Below, in pieces: positions 28,326 to 36,569 of a DNA stretch of 45,411 nt (position 1 is the first letter of the stretch; each line of letters begins with the position of its first letter). Location: positions 1 through 45,411 of IMG/VR virus record IMGVR_UViG_3300033182_000655; one strand, written 5' to 3'. Under the pieces are notes generated by a model. The model saw nothing but the letters and a program-made list of their open reading frames with translations, did not search any database and had not been told where the DNA came from. This DNA is from a virus. Lineage: Duplodnaviria; Caudoviricetes. Made by a program: the position numbers and the translations under genes.

Positions 28326-29018
28326 CTAAAACATTACCCAAGTACCAGTACCATGGTGTGGGTAATCACTTTTATATTGATAATAAAAAACATCTTCAGG
28401 TACCTCTTGTTTTTTACCCCATGTTTCATCTGTCGGTGTATTGGTGGATAAGTTATTATCCTCAATAACAAACTCTATTGGTAAATTATTGTTACGAGAG
28501 TATTTATAAACTTCATGAAATATACCACTTTCAAATGTCATATCACCAACGAAACACCATACTTTTGGTAATCTATTCTCTATAGTTTTTTCATTTTTAA
28601 GTTTTATGGATTTTGCAACTCCTAATGCTATTGGTAATCCACCACCCACAATAGAAGTTGAGTAAAACTTTCTCTGATAATTAAGTGGTGGTTGTGTTTC
28701 ATCTTCACTATAGAAATGATTTACACTCATACTTTTACCATGTACAATATCACTCATTAAAGTATTACTATCAATACCATGAAGTAGTGCATGATAATGA
28801 TTTCTCCAACTACTAAATACCCAATCTCTTTCACTTACATACTGAAAAATTTCTATCAATTGTTCTTCATTGTTTGAACTCAAATGTACAGGTGCTTTAA
28901 TTTCACCATCATTATATTTTTGTTTGACTTCTTCCTCAAACTTTATTAAATTATCTTTGGTTAAAGTTATCTCTCTAACCTTTCCATCCTCTATAATATG
29001 TTTAGGTATCTTTACCAT
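28326..29018 (-). CDS. ThDP-dependent dehydrogenase E1alpha-like subunit (short)
   Basis: IKAPVHLS..NEE, WRNHYHALLHG, SIVGG..PIALG, ThDP motif GDM...HE...LPI.FVIEDN..S..TPT, YPHHGTG. Confidence 0.85.
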   Translation of the reverse strand: MVKIPKHIIEDGKVREITLTKDNLIKFEEEVKQKYNDGEIKAPVHLSSNNEEQLIEIFQYVSERDWVFSSWRNHYHALLHGIDSNTLMSDIVHGKSMSVNHFYSEDETQPPLNYQRKFYSTSIVGGGLPIALGVAKSIKLKNEKTIENRLPKVWCFVGDMTFESGIFHEVYKYSRNNNLPIEFVIEDNNLSTNTPTDETWGKKQEVPEDVFYYQYKSDYPHHGTGTWVMF

Positions 29019-29520
29019 TTTTATCCCTCTTACTTAATATTGGATTATTTATTGGCCAATTTATTTTTAACATTGGGTCATCCCATCTGACTGATATCTG
29101 TTCTTCCCAATCCACATACTCATCAGGATATGATTGAGTATAGTGAAATACACACTCAGATGATAAACACAAGTGTCCATTTAGAAAACCTGGTGGAACC
29201 AATACACTTTTACAATTTTTATCATCAAGTGTAAAACCATCCCATTCCAAATATGTTGGACTATCTTCACGATAATCCACAACCACTAAATAAAATGTAC
29301 CATAAACACAAGTAATATGTTTCCAAGTTACATCGTCTCCATGTAATCCTCTAAGAACATTTTTTCTTGAGTATGTAAATTTTGATATTTTTTGTTGTGG
29401 TGTATTCATAGGCCATTCCCAATGTGTCCACATTGTTCCACGATAATCTGTATGTGTTTCTGGTGTAAATATCTTTACATCTTTCAACACATCACTTCTT
29501 TTTGCTTTGTAATTAAACAT
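29002..29520 (-). CDS. rmlC: dTDP-4-dehydrorhamnose 3,5-epimerase family protein
   Basis: DYRG, SRKNVLRGLHG, VVVDYREDSPTY..W, VPPGFLNGH, WDDP.L.INWP. Confidence 0.9.
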   Translation of the reverse strand: MFNYKAKRSDVLKDVKIFTPETHTDYRGTMWTHWEWPMNTPQQKISKFTYSRKNVLRGLHGDDVTWKHITCVYGTFYLVVVDYREDSPTYLEWDGFTLDDKNCKSVLVPPGFLNGHLCLSSECVFHYTQSYPDEYVDWEEQISVRWDDPMLKINWPINNPILSKRDKNGKDT

Positions 29521-30485
29521 TATAATGATGCTCCATAACTTAATGGAAACGCATTTCTATAGTGTGAACTTTCATGTGGAACAATCATTTGATATGCCAT
29601 TATCAATTCTTCTATCCCATCATCTAAACTAAAGTTTGGTTTCCAACCTGTTGATTCTATTTTTTTATTACTTACTACATAATCTCTTTTATCAGGGTCT
29701 ATAAAATAATCTGAATATGTAACCGAAGTATCAGGAATATATTTTTGTATTCTTTCTACTAATTGTTTCTTATTTATATTTGTGTCTGATAATCCCACAT
29801 TGAATATCTCGTTTTGATATTCATTATATTTTAATGTCATATAACTAAATACTGATGCTACATCTTGAATATGTACAAAATTACGAACAAATTCTTTTTC
29901 AAATATAGTGATATATTTATCAGTCAATAATTTATAGACAAACTCATTTACCAATAAATCTAATCTCATACGACTTGACACACCAAATACGGTTGCCAAT
30001 CTAAAGGTTATCCCATTACTATTGTTCTTTATATAATCTTCTGAATTACACTTTGTAATACCATAATGACTGATTGGTGTTAGTGAATTTGTTTCATCTA
30101 CTTCACCTTTATTTGTTCTACTACCATAACCACTATTAGTATTTGGATAAAGTATTTGTTGATTTGGTGATAAATTATCTACGATGTTTTTGATTTGATT
30201 GAAATTGACATCGGTCGCAAGTTGTTTGTCTTTTTCACAACTTGGAAAACCGACAAGAGCGGCGAGTGGAATAATAACATCATGTGTTTTTACTTGTTCA
30301 AGTAATAAGTTTTTGTCACGAACATCACCATATATAAAATTAAAACCTGGTTTACCAAATAAATCTAATAATGATGTTTGATTATACATCAAATTATCAA
30401 TCACGGTAACCTCGTGATGTAACATAAGTTGTCTTGTGATAACAGAACCTAAGTATCCTGCTCCACCTGTAATTAATACACGCAT
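29520..30485 (-). CDS. NAD-dependent NDP-sugar epimerase/dehydratase
   Basis: MRVLITGGAGYLGS, LAALVG.P.C, YGITK, RLATVFG.S.RMRLDLLVN, DKRDY. Start ATG 30485 preceded by GGAGG. Confidence 0.9.
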   Translation of the reverse strand: MRVLITGGAGYLGSVITRQLMLHHEVTVIDNLMYNQTSLLDLFGKPGFNFIYGDVRDKNLLLEQVKTHDVIIPLAALVGFPSCEKDKQLATDVNFNQIKNIVDNLSPNQQILYPNTNSGYGSRTNKGEVDETNSLTPISHYGITKCNSEDYIKNNSNGITFRLATVFGVSSRMRLDLLVNEFVYKLLTDKYITIFEKEFVRNFVHIQDVASVFSYMTLKYNEYQNEIFNVGLSDTNINKKQLVERIQKYIPDTSVTYSDYFIDPDKRDYVVSNKKIESTGWKPNFSLDDGIEELIMAYQMIVPHESSHYRNAFPLSYGASL

Positions 30486-30510
30486 AAAAAAGCCTCCAAT
30501 AAATAGAGGC
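30486..30510 (-). terminator. Intrinsic terminator-like hairpin that also sequesters the SD
   Basis: Minus strand GCCTCTA-TTTAT-TGGAGGC-TTTTTT directly followed by ATG. Confidence 0.7.
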
Positions 30511-30610
30511 ATCCATAATAGTAAAACTACTACATAAATGCCACCCTTGTTTTATAGTCTATAGTAGTGGGTTAGGACTTTCTCCGAAGAGTGTTAGCAC
30601 TACCTGACTT
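30506..30610 (-). ncRNA. Structured 5' leader, riboswitch/attenuator-like, family unassigned
   Basis: AGTC/GACT and GTAGTG/CACTAC stems enclose a CTC-TTCG-GAG hairpin. They are followed by a GGCAT...TAGTA-GTTT-TACTA...ATGCC hairpin that overlaps the terminator 5' arm. Confidence 0.6.
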
Positions 30611-30613
30611 ATA

Positions 30614-30622
30614 TATAAATAT
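30614..30622 (-). promoter_or_regulatory. ATATTTATA motif immediately upstream of the structured leader
   Basis: Plus strand TATAAATAT. Confidence 0.55.
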
Positions 30623-31407
30623 TAATAATCATTAAAATTATCACTATATTTTAATAGTTCAAAATCCTTTTTACATAATCTACTAACTATTTCTATTGTG
30701 TTATCATTATAGTAATCTTTCCAATTTGGTAAATATTTTTGTGATGAATTTTTAGAATCTTTTAGTACTCTACCTTTATACAAGTTAAAATCGTTAAATG
30801 GTAAGTGTCCCTCATCGTTAAAAATTTTATTAAAAGTTTCTGATTCATGAACTTTTGATAATTCTATAAATTCAAATTCATCTGTAGGCATATTAGTAAA
30901 TTCATTCCACATTGGATATGCATGACTATCATGTATTTCACCATTATCAAATCTTATACACCATTCTTCAAAACTTTCTTGCCAATCTTGTTGAGTCATA
31001 TCTTCTAAAGTAGTCTTAAGTTTTATAGGTTTGTATGTCTGATAATCATCAATAACATCATAATGATAAAATAATCTACTATCGTTTTCATGTCTATGGG
31101 CTTCACTTATTTTTTGACCGAATGTCCAACAAGATAAAAATCGTTCATATGGATTTCTTGTGATACATATTTTATGTAGATTATTCCATACATCTTTATC
31201 TATAGAGTTATACACCCAAGAAGTCCTTAATGGATGACCTTCTATTTCTAAATGTGTATCACCATAAGACCATTTTATACAATCTCCGATATAAGTAGAA
31301 CCTGCTTTATTACCAACTATAATTACTGAATTTAATATTGAATCTTTTTCTTGTAGATTATTATGGGTGTCCATATAAAATCTTTGTTTTAGTGTTAAAT
31401 AAATCAT
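30622..31407 (-). CDS. Sulfotransferase (Sulfotransfer_2-like)
   Basis: 5'-PSB NKAGST, 3'-PB RNPYERFLS, WKDYY...DFELLKY. Confidence 0.85.
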   Translation of the reverse strand: MIYLTLKQRFYMDTHNNLQEKDSILNSVIIVGNKAGSTYIGDCIKWSYGDTHLEIEGHPLRTSWVYNSIDKDVWNNLHKICITRNPYERFLSCWTFGQKISEAHRHENDSRLFYHYDVIDDYQTYKPIKLKTTLEDMTQQDWQESFEEWCIRFDNGEIHDSHAYPMWNEFTNMPTDEFEFIELSKVHESETFNKIFNDEGHLPFNDFNLYKGRVLKDSKNSSQKYLPNWKDYYNDNTIEIVSRLCKKDFELLKYSDNFNDY

Positions 31408-31408
31408 A

Positions 31409-32890
31409 TTAAAATACCTTTACATTATATTTTTTTTCAAATAAAACTCCATCTTGATAGGAATTTACAATTGGTTGACCTTTGATGTTTAATGATGTAT
31501 TCAATACCATTGGACAACCTGTTTCTTCATAAAATTTTTTTATCAAATTATAATAACCAAGGTTATCTTCTTTACTTACGGTTTGAACTCGTGATGTCCC
31601 ATCCACATGACATATTGCAGGATACTTATCAGGATACTTACACTTTGCAACATACTGCATAAACTGAGATTTCTTTGTAGGCATTTCAAATATCTCGTGT
31701 GCATGTTCCTCTAATACACTTGGTGCAAATGGTCTGAACTTCTGTCTGCCTTTAATCTCGTTCATTTGGTCTTTTATATTCTTACCTCGTGGGTCTGCCA
31801 ATAAACTACGATTACCCAATGCTCTTGGCCCAAACTCTGCCCTACCATTTGCAACACCAACTATATTACCCTTGAGTAGTTCGTTACTCACTTGAGTAAT
31901 AGGATACTCACCCTTAATATTATATCCTAAAAAACAATTATTAAAATTTATATGTTCACCCAAAATTGAAGATGCACACCCTAATGAACTACCACCATCA
32001 CCAGGATTAGGTAATATCCAAAGATTAGGATACTTCTCAACAATCAAACTATTTGCAACACAATTCAACGCAACTCCACCACCATAACAATAGTTATCAG
32101 TTTCAGGAACTACTTCTTTTGCCTTTTCAAATATTTTTAAAATTTCCTCTTCACATATCGCTTGAACATTTGCTGCGATAGTGAACTTCCATTCATCTGT
32201 TCCATCATCTGGATATACAACTGAATCCCAACCTAAACAACCTCTATGTAGATTTTCTTTTAATTTTAAGTCAAGTCCTTTAACAAAGAAATTATCATAC
32301 AACTCATTCATTATATTTCTATCTAACTTACCCCATGCAGCCATTCCCATAAGAATGTATTCATCCTCTTGTGGTTTCAATCCTAATCGTTGAGTCATGG
32401 CACTATACCAAAGACCAAGTGAGTTTGGATAATTTACAGAATATCTTTTCTCAAAGTGTGAACCCCATGCATACCAAATTGTTAAAGTTTCCCATTCACC
32501 AATGGCATCAATAGTAATAATACATGCCTCATCATATGGACTTGAGTAGTAACTTGCAGCTGCATGACTTTCATGGTGTCCAACATAATGGTCAATTTTA
32601 TTAATACCGAATTGTTTCAGATATTGTGATGGTAAGTTTCCACTTTGAAATAATTCACCATATTGTCCTGCCCACAATTGTCTTGATTTCTTCAACCAAG
32701 GTTTTTCAAACCAAACAACCTTGTCCCACTTACCATATCTTTTGGCATCAGAAATCATCTCTTGAGTTAACAAGTGGTCATTTTTTATACCACTATATCT
32801 TTCCGAGTGTCCTGCGAACAATATCTCCTTACCATCAAGTAAAGTGATACATGCATCATGGTTAAGTGCGTTAATTCCTAATATCTTCAT
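31409..32890 (-). CDS. O-carbamoyltransferase (NodU/CmcH/TobZ family)
   Basis: MKILGINALNHD, SERYS..K, HHESHAA, DAIGE, GGVALNC, GDGG, EFGPRALGNRS, FRPFAP, HVDGTSRVQTV, LNTSLN. Start ATG 32890. Confidence 0.95.
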   Translation of the reverse strand: MKILGINALNHDACITLLDGKEILFAGHSERYSGIKNDHLLTQEMISDAKRYGKWDKVVWFEKPWLKKSRQLWAGQYGELFQSGNLPSQYLKQFGINKIDHYVGHHESHAAASYYSSPYDEACIITIDAIGEWETLTIWYAWGSHFEKRYSVNYPNSLGLWYSAMTQRLGLKPQEDEYILMGMAAWGKLDRNIMNELYDNFFVKGLDLKLKENLHRGCLGWDSVVYPDDGTDEWKFTIAANVQAICEEEILKIFEKAKEVVPETDNYCYGGGVALNCVANSLIVEKYPNLWILPNPGDGGSSLGCASSILGEHINFNNCFLGYNIKGEYPITQVSNELLKGNIVGVANGRAEFGPRALGNRSLLADPRGKNIKDQMNEIKGRQKFRPFAPSVLEEHAHEIFEMPTKKSQFMQYVAKCKYPDKYPAICHVDGTSRVQTVSKEDNLGYYNLIKKFYEETGCPMVLNTSLNIKGQPIVNSYQDGVLFEKKYNVKVF

Positions 32891-33521
32891 ATATATTCTC
32901 AATTTTGTTTAGTATTATCTCTGATATGAATTTATGTCCTTCTATATTTGGATGATAATCATGTTTACCTATTATATGTTTACTATCTTTCCAACCAACT
33001 TGAGTGATAATTTCTTTTGATATAACATTATCAAAATAATTCTCTAACTTTAATACCATACTCCAAGGTGAAAAAGACAAGTATTTAAGATTGTACTTAT
33101 CTAATATACATTTTGTTGAAAAGAATATTTTTTCTGTTTCATTTACAAAATTTTTATTGTTTAAAAAATGAACAACAAATGATTCCCACCATTTTTTATC
33201 TGTATACTCTGGCATTTCTCCCCAATCAGATATCTTACTATCAGTAAATTTAATCCAATTGTTTTGAACTTTGTCATAAACTTCCCACCTATGTATTGTT
33301 GTCCAACCAAATAAAAAAAGAGTATCATCTAATTTATCAGAATTATTCTTAACCCATTTGTAAAATTTACGATATATGTAATTATTTGATGCACCACCTA
33401 ATGATAAGTTTATATTTTCAAGTGATAACTCCTCACTAACAAATTTAGAGTAATTATTTTCTATTGTTTCCTCTGTGGTTCCTTTTGACCAACTATCACC
33501 TATTGTAACCAAATATTTCAT
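32871..33521 (-). CDS. SGNH hydrolase-like protein 3
   Basis: GDSWS, INLSLGGASN, GWT..RWE, DYHPNIEGH. Confidence 0.8.
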   Translation of the reverse strand: MKYLVTIGDSWSKGTTEETIENNYSKFVSEELSLENINLSLGGASNNYIYRKFYKWVKNNSDKLDDTLFLFGWTTIHRWEVYDKVQNNWIKFTDSKISDWGEMPEYTDKKWWESFVVHFLNNKNFVNETEKIFFSTKCILDKYNLKYLSFSPWSMVLKLENYFDNVISKEIITQVGWKDSKHIIGKHDYHPNIEGHKFISEIILNKIENIYEDIRN

Positions 33522-33622
33522 TTGTAAATAAACGGGTCTCTTTTTTTAATTTCACGAAGTCTCTTTTTAAAAAGATACCATCTTTTAATTTTATTGTAAT
33601 ATTTTTTTATTAACTTTATCAT
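33518..33622 (-). CDS. 34-aa basic microprotein ending RDPFIYK (absent from the ORF track)
   Basis: Translates to MIKLIKKYYNKIKRWYLFKKRLREIKKRDPFIYK; fills the gap exactly with ATGA overlaps at both ends. Confidence 0.85.
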   Translation of the reverse strand: MIKLIKKYYNKIKRWYLFKKRLREIKKRDPFIYK

Positions 33623-35073
33623 ATAACATTACCTTTTTTAATTTTAGAACACTCGTTCCAAAATTCTTTTAATTCAGGAAATACTCCAATTATATTAGTG
33701 TTTCTTCTTTTATCATGATTAGTAAAAAACTTGTAAAAGTCATACCTATTTCTGTTCAATGTTTTTTCAGGTATATCTGATTTAGACCAATCATAAATTC
33801 TTTGTAGTTTTTCCATTTCCATATGTGAAAATACATCATCAGATTTTTCTTCAAAACCTTTTTCTTGAATTTTTCTCATTAATTCAACTTGTTTTTTTAT
33901 TAACTCTTTAAATTCATCTGATAGTATTTGTACACTTTGATGAGATGGATGTCTTAAATACGAGATATCTGCAACTACCGCATTAGGTGTATATCTATCT
34001 TTTGAGTTAAACTTGTCTTTTAATAAATATAATTGTTCAATGAATATATCAAAATTAAATACACTAAGTGCATTATAAGTTACCATAAAAGTTAATGATG
34101 GTTTTTTCAACTCTGTCAATGTTCTCTCACAATTTTTCCAAAATTTTCTATAATTTAATCCATGTCTGATATATTCTGCTTTCTTTCCCCAACCATCAAT
34201 ACTTGTGAATATTTGAAAATCTTTTACTAATCCCTTTTCTGTAATAATCTTTACTTTTTCAATAAACTTATTCATCAATTCGTCTGGTGCACCCATATTG
34301 GTATTTACTGATAATACAAGATTCTTATTTGGTTTATCAGTTTCTATAATGTAATCTAATACTTTGAATGTATCTCTTGATAACAATGGTTCTCCACCTG
34401 TTATTCTAAATGTATGTAAATCTTGATAAAGGTCTGGCCACCAATTCCAAAATGCCTCTACATAAGGATTTGGTTCTCGTTTGGGAATAGGTAACAAGTC
34501 TAATGATTTCAATCCACCTAATGAATTAAACTTCGTAGTAGTTGGATAACCACCATGTTTTTTAATTTCTTCCATCCAAGTTGTAGATATATGTGGTGCA
34601 CAATAACTACATTTAAAATTACAAGAACTTGAAAACACAACCTCTACATATCTTGGATTCACATTTTGTCTCCAATCAATCAGATAATCTTTCCCATCTA
34701 TTGTTTTTTTAATTTCAGAAAAAAATGGTTTTGCCCATGGTTCATTACTTTTTAAAATTCTATCACTAAAGACTTCACTATTGTCTTCTACATTCCAACA
34801 ATAATCACACTCATCTGGTCTCTCATCAGTTAACATTTGTTTACGAGCATGTTTCTTATACCAAGTATTATGAAGTGCACTTGGGTTTTGTTTAATTTCC
34901 TCTAAAGGTATTTTGTGTGTTCTTGGATGGTGACACGAATGTGTATGTCCATTTTGTAAATGAATAGTGACTTGCATCCACTTTGCCAAACACATACCAC
35001 ACCCAACTGAAGACATCTTACCTTTAGTTTGTGTTAACTCATGTATATCTTTTTGTGCTTGTGTTACTGCCAT
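33619..35073 (-). CDS. Radical SAM enzyme with N-terminal Twitch/SPASM-like Cys cluster
   Basis: CLAKW...SCHH...ECDYCW, CNFKCSYC, ITGGEP, VNTN, SID. Confidence 0.9.
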   Translation of the reverse strand: MAVTQAQKDIHELTQTKGKMSSVGCGMCLAKWMQVTIHLQNGHTHSCHHPRTHKIPLEEIKQNPSALHNTWYKKHARKQMLTDERPDECDYCWNVEDNSEVFSDRILKSNEPWAKPFFSEIKKTIDGKDYLIDWRQNVNPRYVEVVFSSSCNFKCSYCAPHISTTWMEEIKKHGGYPTTTKFNSLGGLKSLDLLPIPKREPNPYVEAFWNWWPDLYQDLHTFRITGGEPLLSRDTFKVLDYIIETDKPNKNLVLSVNTNMGAPDELMNKFIEKVKIITEKGLVKDFQIFTSIDGWGKKAEYIRHGLNYRKFWKNCERTLTELKKPSLTFMVTYNALSVFNFDIFIEQLYLLKDKFNSKDRYTPNAVVADISYLRHPSHQSVQILSDEFKELIKKQVELMRKIQEKGFEEKSDDVFSHMEMEKLQRIYDWSKSDIPEKTLNRNRYDFYKFFTNHDKRRNTNIIGVFPELKEFWNECSKIKKGNVI

Positions 35074-36569
35074 TCTGGTATATTATCGTGTTTACATATA
35101 AAATTTATAAAGTCGTGACGACCAATTTTATCTACTGAGTCTACTTCATATTTTAAATCAGATAATCCATCTTTCTTTGTATCCCAAAGTCCATATTGAA
35201 CCTCGGTGAAGAATCTTTTTTCATTTCTACTTGTATCTTCTTGGAATACAAATCTATTATTTACTATTCCATTGATTGGATGTTTCAAAGATTTATATTT
35301 ACCATTTCTACGATGTGGAACAATAGTATGAGATATATCATCTAAGGTTTCTGTAGTGACTTCACACCCATGATTTATACCATGATTATTATTACCACTA
35401 ATATCATAAACATAATTTTCATCTACATTAGAAAACTCATAATGTAATACACATCCATCATAATCATTACAATTCTTAATATCATTATTATAAAAATCTT
35501 TTATCTCACTATCATCAAGCACACGATTCCACATACCAACTTGTGCAACCTTACCATAAAAGAAATTACTTGGACTATTTTCATTAGGATTCTTAACACC
35601 CAAGTAATATGGTACACCACCATATCGTTTTGCATTACCACCCATGATTAGTGGTGATTCTACACCATGACCAAACCTTGCATCACTCTCTTCACCATTT
35701 AGATAAAATCTTAAGGAATTATTTTCTGAATCATGGGTAATCATTAAGTGACTCCAAATATCAGGATTTCTTTTCAACCACATATAATTGTGATTGTTTT
35801 TAAAATCATACATTGAGAAAGAAAAGGCTCTTGAGTTATCATATGCAAATCCCATTTGATATCCTGACCTACCAAGTATATAATTATGAATATATTTTCT
35901 ATTTTGTAGGTCACCTATTAAGTACATTGGAACATCAAAGTTATCATATGGATTTACCAATATACTCCAAGTAAAACTATTATTAGTTAAATCTCTTAGT
36001 GTTTCAGATGGTGGTATTTCTACATATGAACCTAATCCATCAAATTCAAGCGAGTTAACCATAGTGTTACTTTTTGGTAATTTATTATTAACAACATAGT
36101 TTTCTTGTTGACATCTCCACAATAAGTCATCATCTTCCATACCCCAATTCCAATAATCATTAGAATAACCATTGATATTTTCAAATTGTTCTTTTGTAAA
36201 CAAGATAGCACCACCGAAATATTGTATTGATGGTAACATATAATCAAATTGACTTATATGAACTGCGAGATGTTGTGGATTGTCAGTAGGATAACTATAA
36301 TCACATGTCTCATCTTCAGGTAACATGTCAATATCATGAAAACAAAAATAATCAAATCCTTCTTTTAGTGCCTCATTAAATGCAATATTTTTTGTAGTTC
36401 CACGATTAAATCTTAACACCGTATCTGGTTCTATTTGGTTTGCTACAAAAATTTTAAACTCTATATCAGGATGATGTTTCTTCATAAAATCTTCCATGTG
36501 TGGAATAAAGATATCTAAATGTTCTTTTCTCCTATAATGTGGAACACATATTGCCAATTTTTTACTCAT
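35064..36569 (-). CDS. GT7 (beta-1,4-galactosyltransferase-like) protein with inserted LamG domain
   Basis: ICVPH..R.EHL, FNRG..KN, FHDIDMLP, YFGG, INGYSNDYWNWGMEDDD; LamG (FDG..YVE, WSH, YLNG, WNRVL, DISGNNNHG); resumes RRNG..L.H...DGLSDLKY. Confidence 0.85.
   Translation of the reverse strand: MSKKLAICVPHYRRKEHLDIFIPHMEDFMKKHHPDIEFKIFVANQIEPDTVLRFNRGTTKNIAFNEALKEGFDYFCFHDIDMLPEDETCDYSYPTDNPQHLAVHISQFDYMLPSIQYFGGAILFTKEQFENINGYSNDYWNWGMEDDDLLWRCQQENYVVNNKLPKSNTMVNSLEFDGLGSYVEIPPSETLRDLTNNSFTWSILVNPYDNFDVPMYLIGDLQNRKYIHNYILGRSGYQMGFAYDNSRAFSFSMYDFKNNHNYMWLKRNPDIWSHLMITHDSENNSLRFYLNGEESDARFGHGVESPLIMGGNAKRYGGVPYYLGVKNPNENSPSNFFYGKVAQVGMWNRVLDDSEIKDFYNNDIKNCNDYDGCVLHYEFSNVDENYVYDISGNNNHGINHGCEVTTETLDDISHTIVPHRRNGKYKSLKHPINGIVNNRFVFQEDTSRNEKRFFTEVQYGLWDTKKDGLSDLKYEVDSVDKIGRHDFINFICKHDNIPEWQ

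Noticed and set aside
18040-29018. Pyruvate dehydrogenase auxiliary metabolic genes
   Set aside because: Both subunits are truncated, E2 and E3 are absent, and the context is NDP-sugar biosynthesis.
30486-30512. MPLFIGGFF N-terminal extension of the epimerase
   Set aside because: It is the terminator/anti-SD hairpin; the SDR fold starts at MRVLITGG (30485).
30536-30600. Twister ribozyme (GCUAACACU...GUCCUAA...AGGG resemblance)
   Set aside because: Lacks the AAGC pseudoknot, the P4 stem and the GAG segment between P2 and P1 in the required order.
31409-32890. DNA hypermodification (hydroxymethyl-base carbamoylation) or saxitoxin pathway
   Set aside because: No thymidylate synthase or hydroxymethylase homologue and no sxt core genes in the window, and restriction-site avoidance argues against protected DNA. 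Not fully excluded without the rest of the genome.
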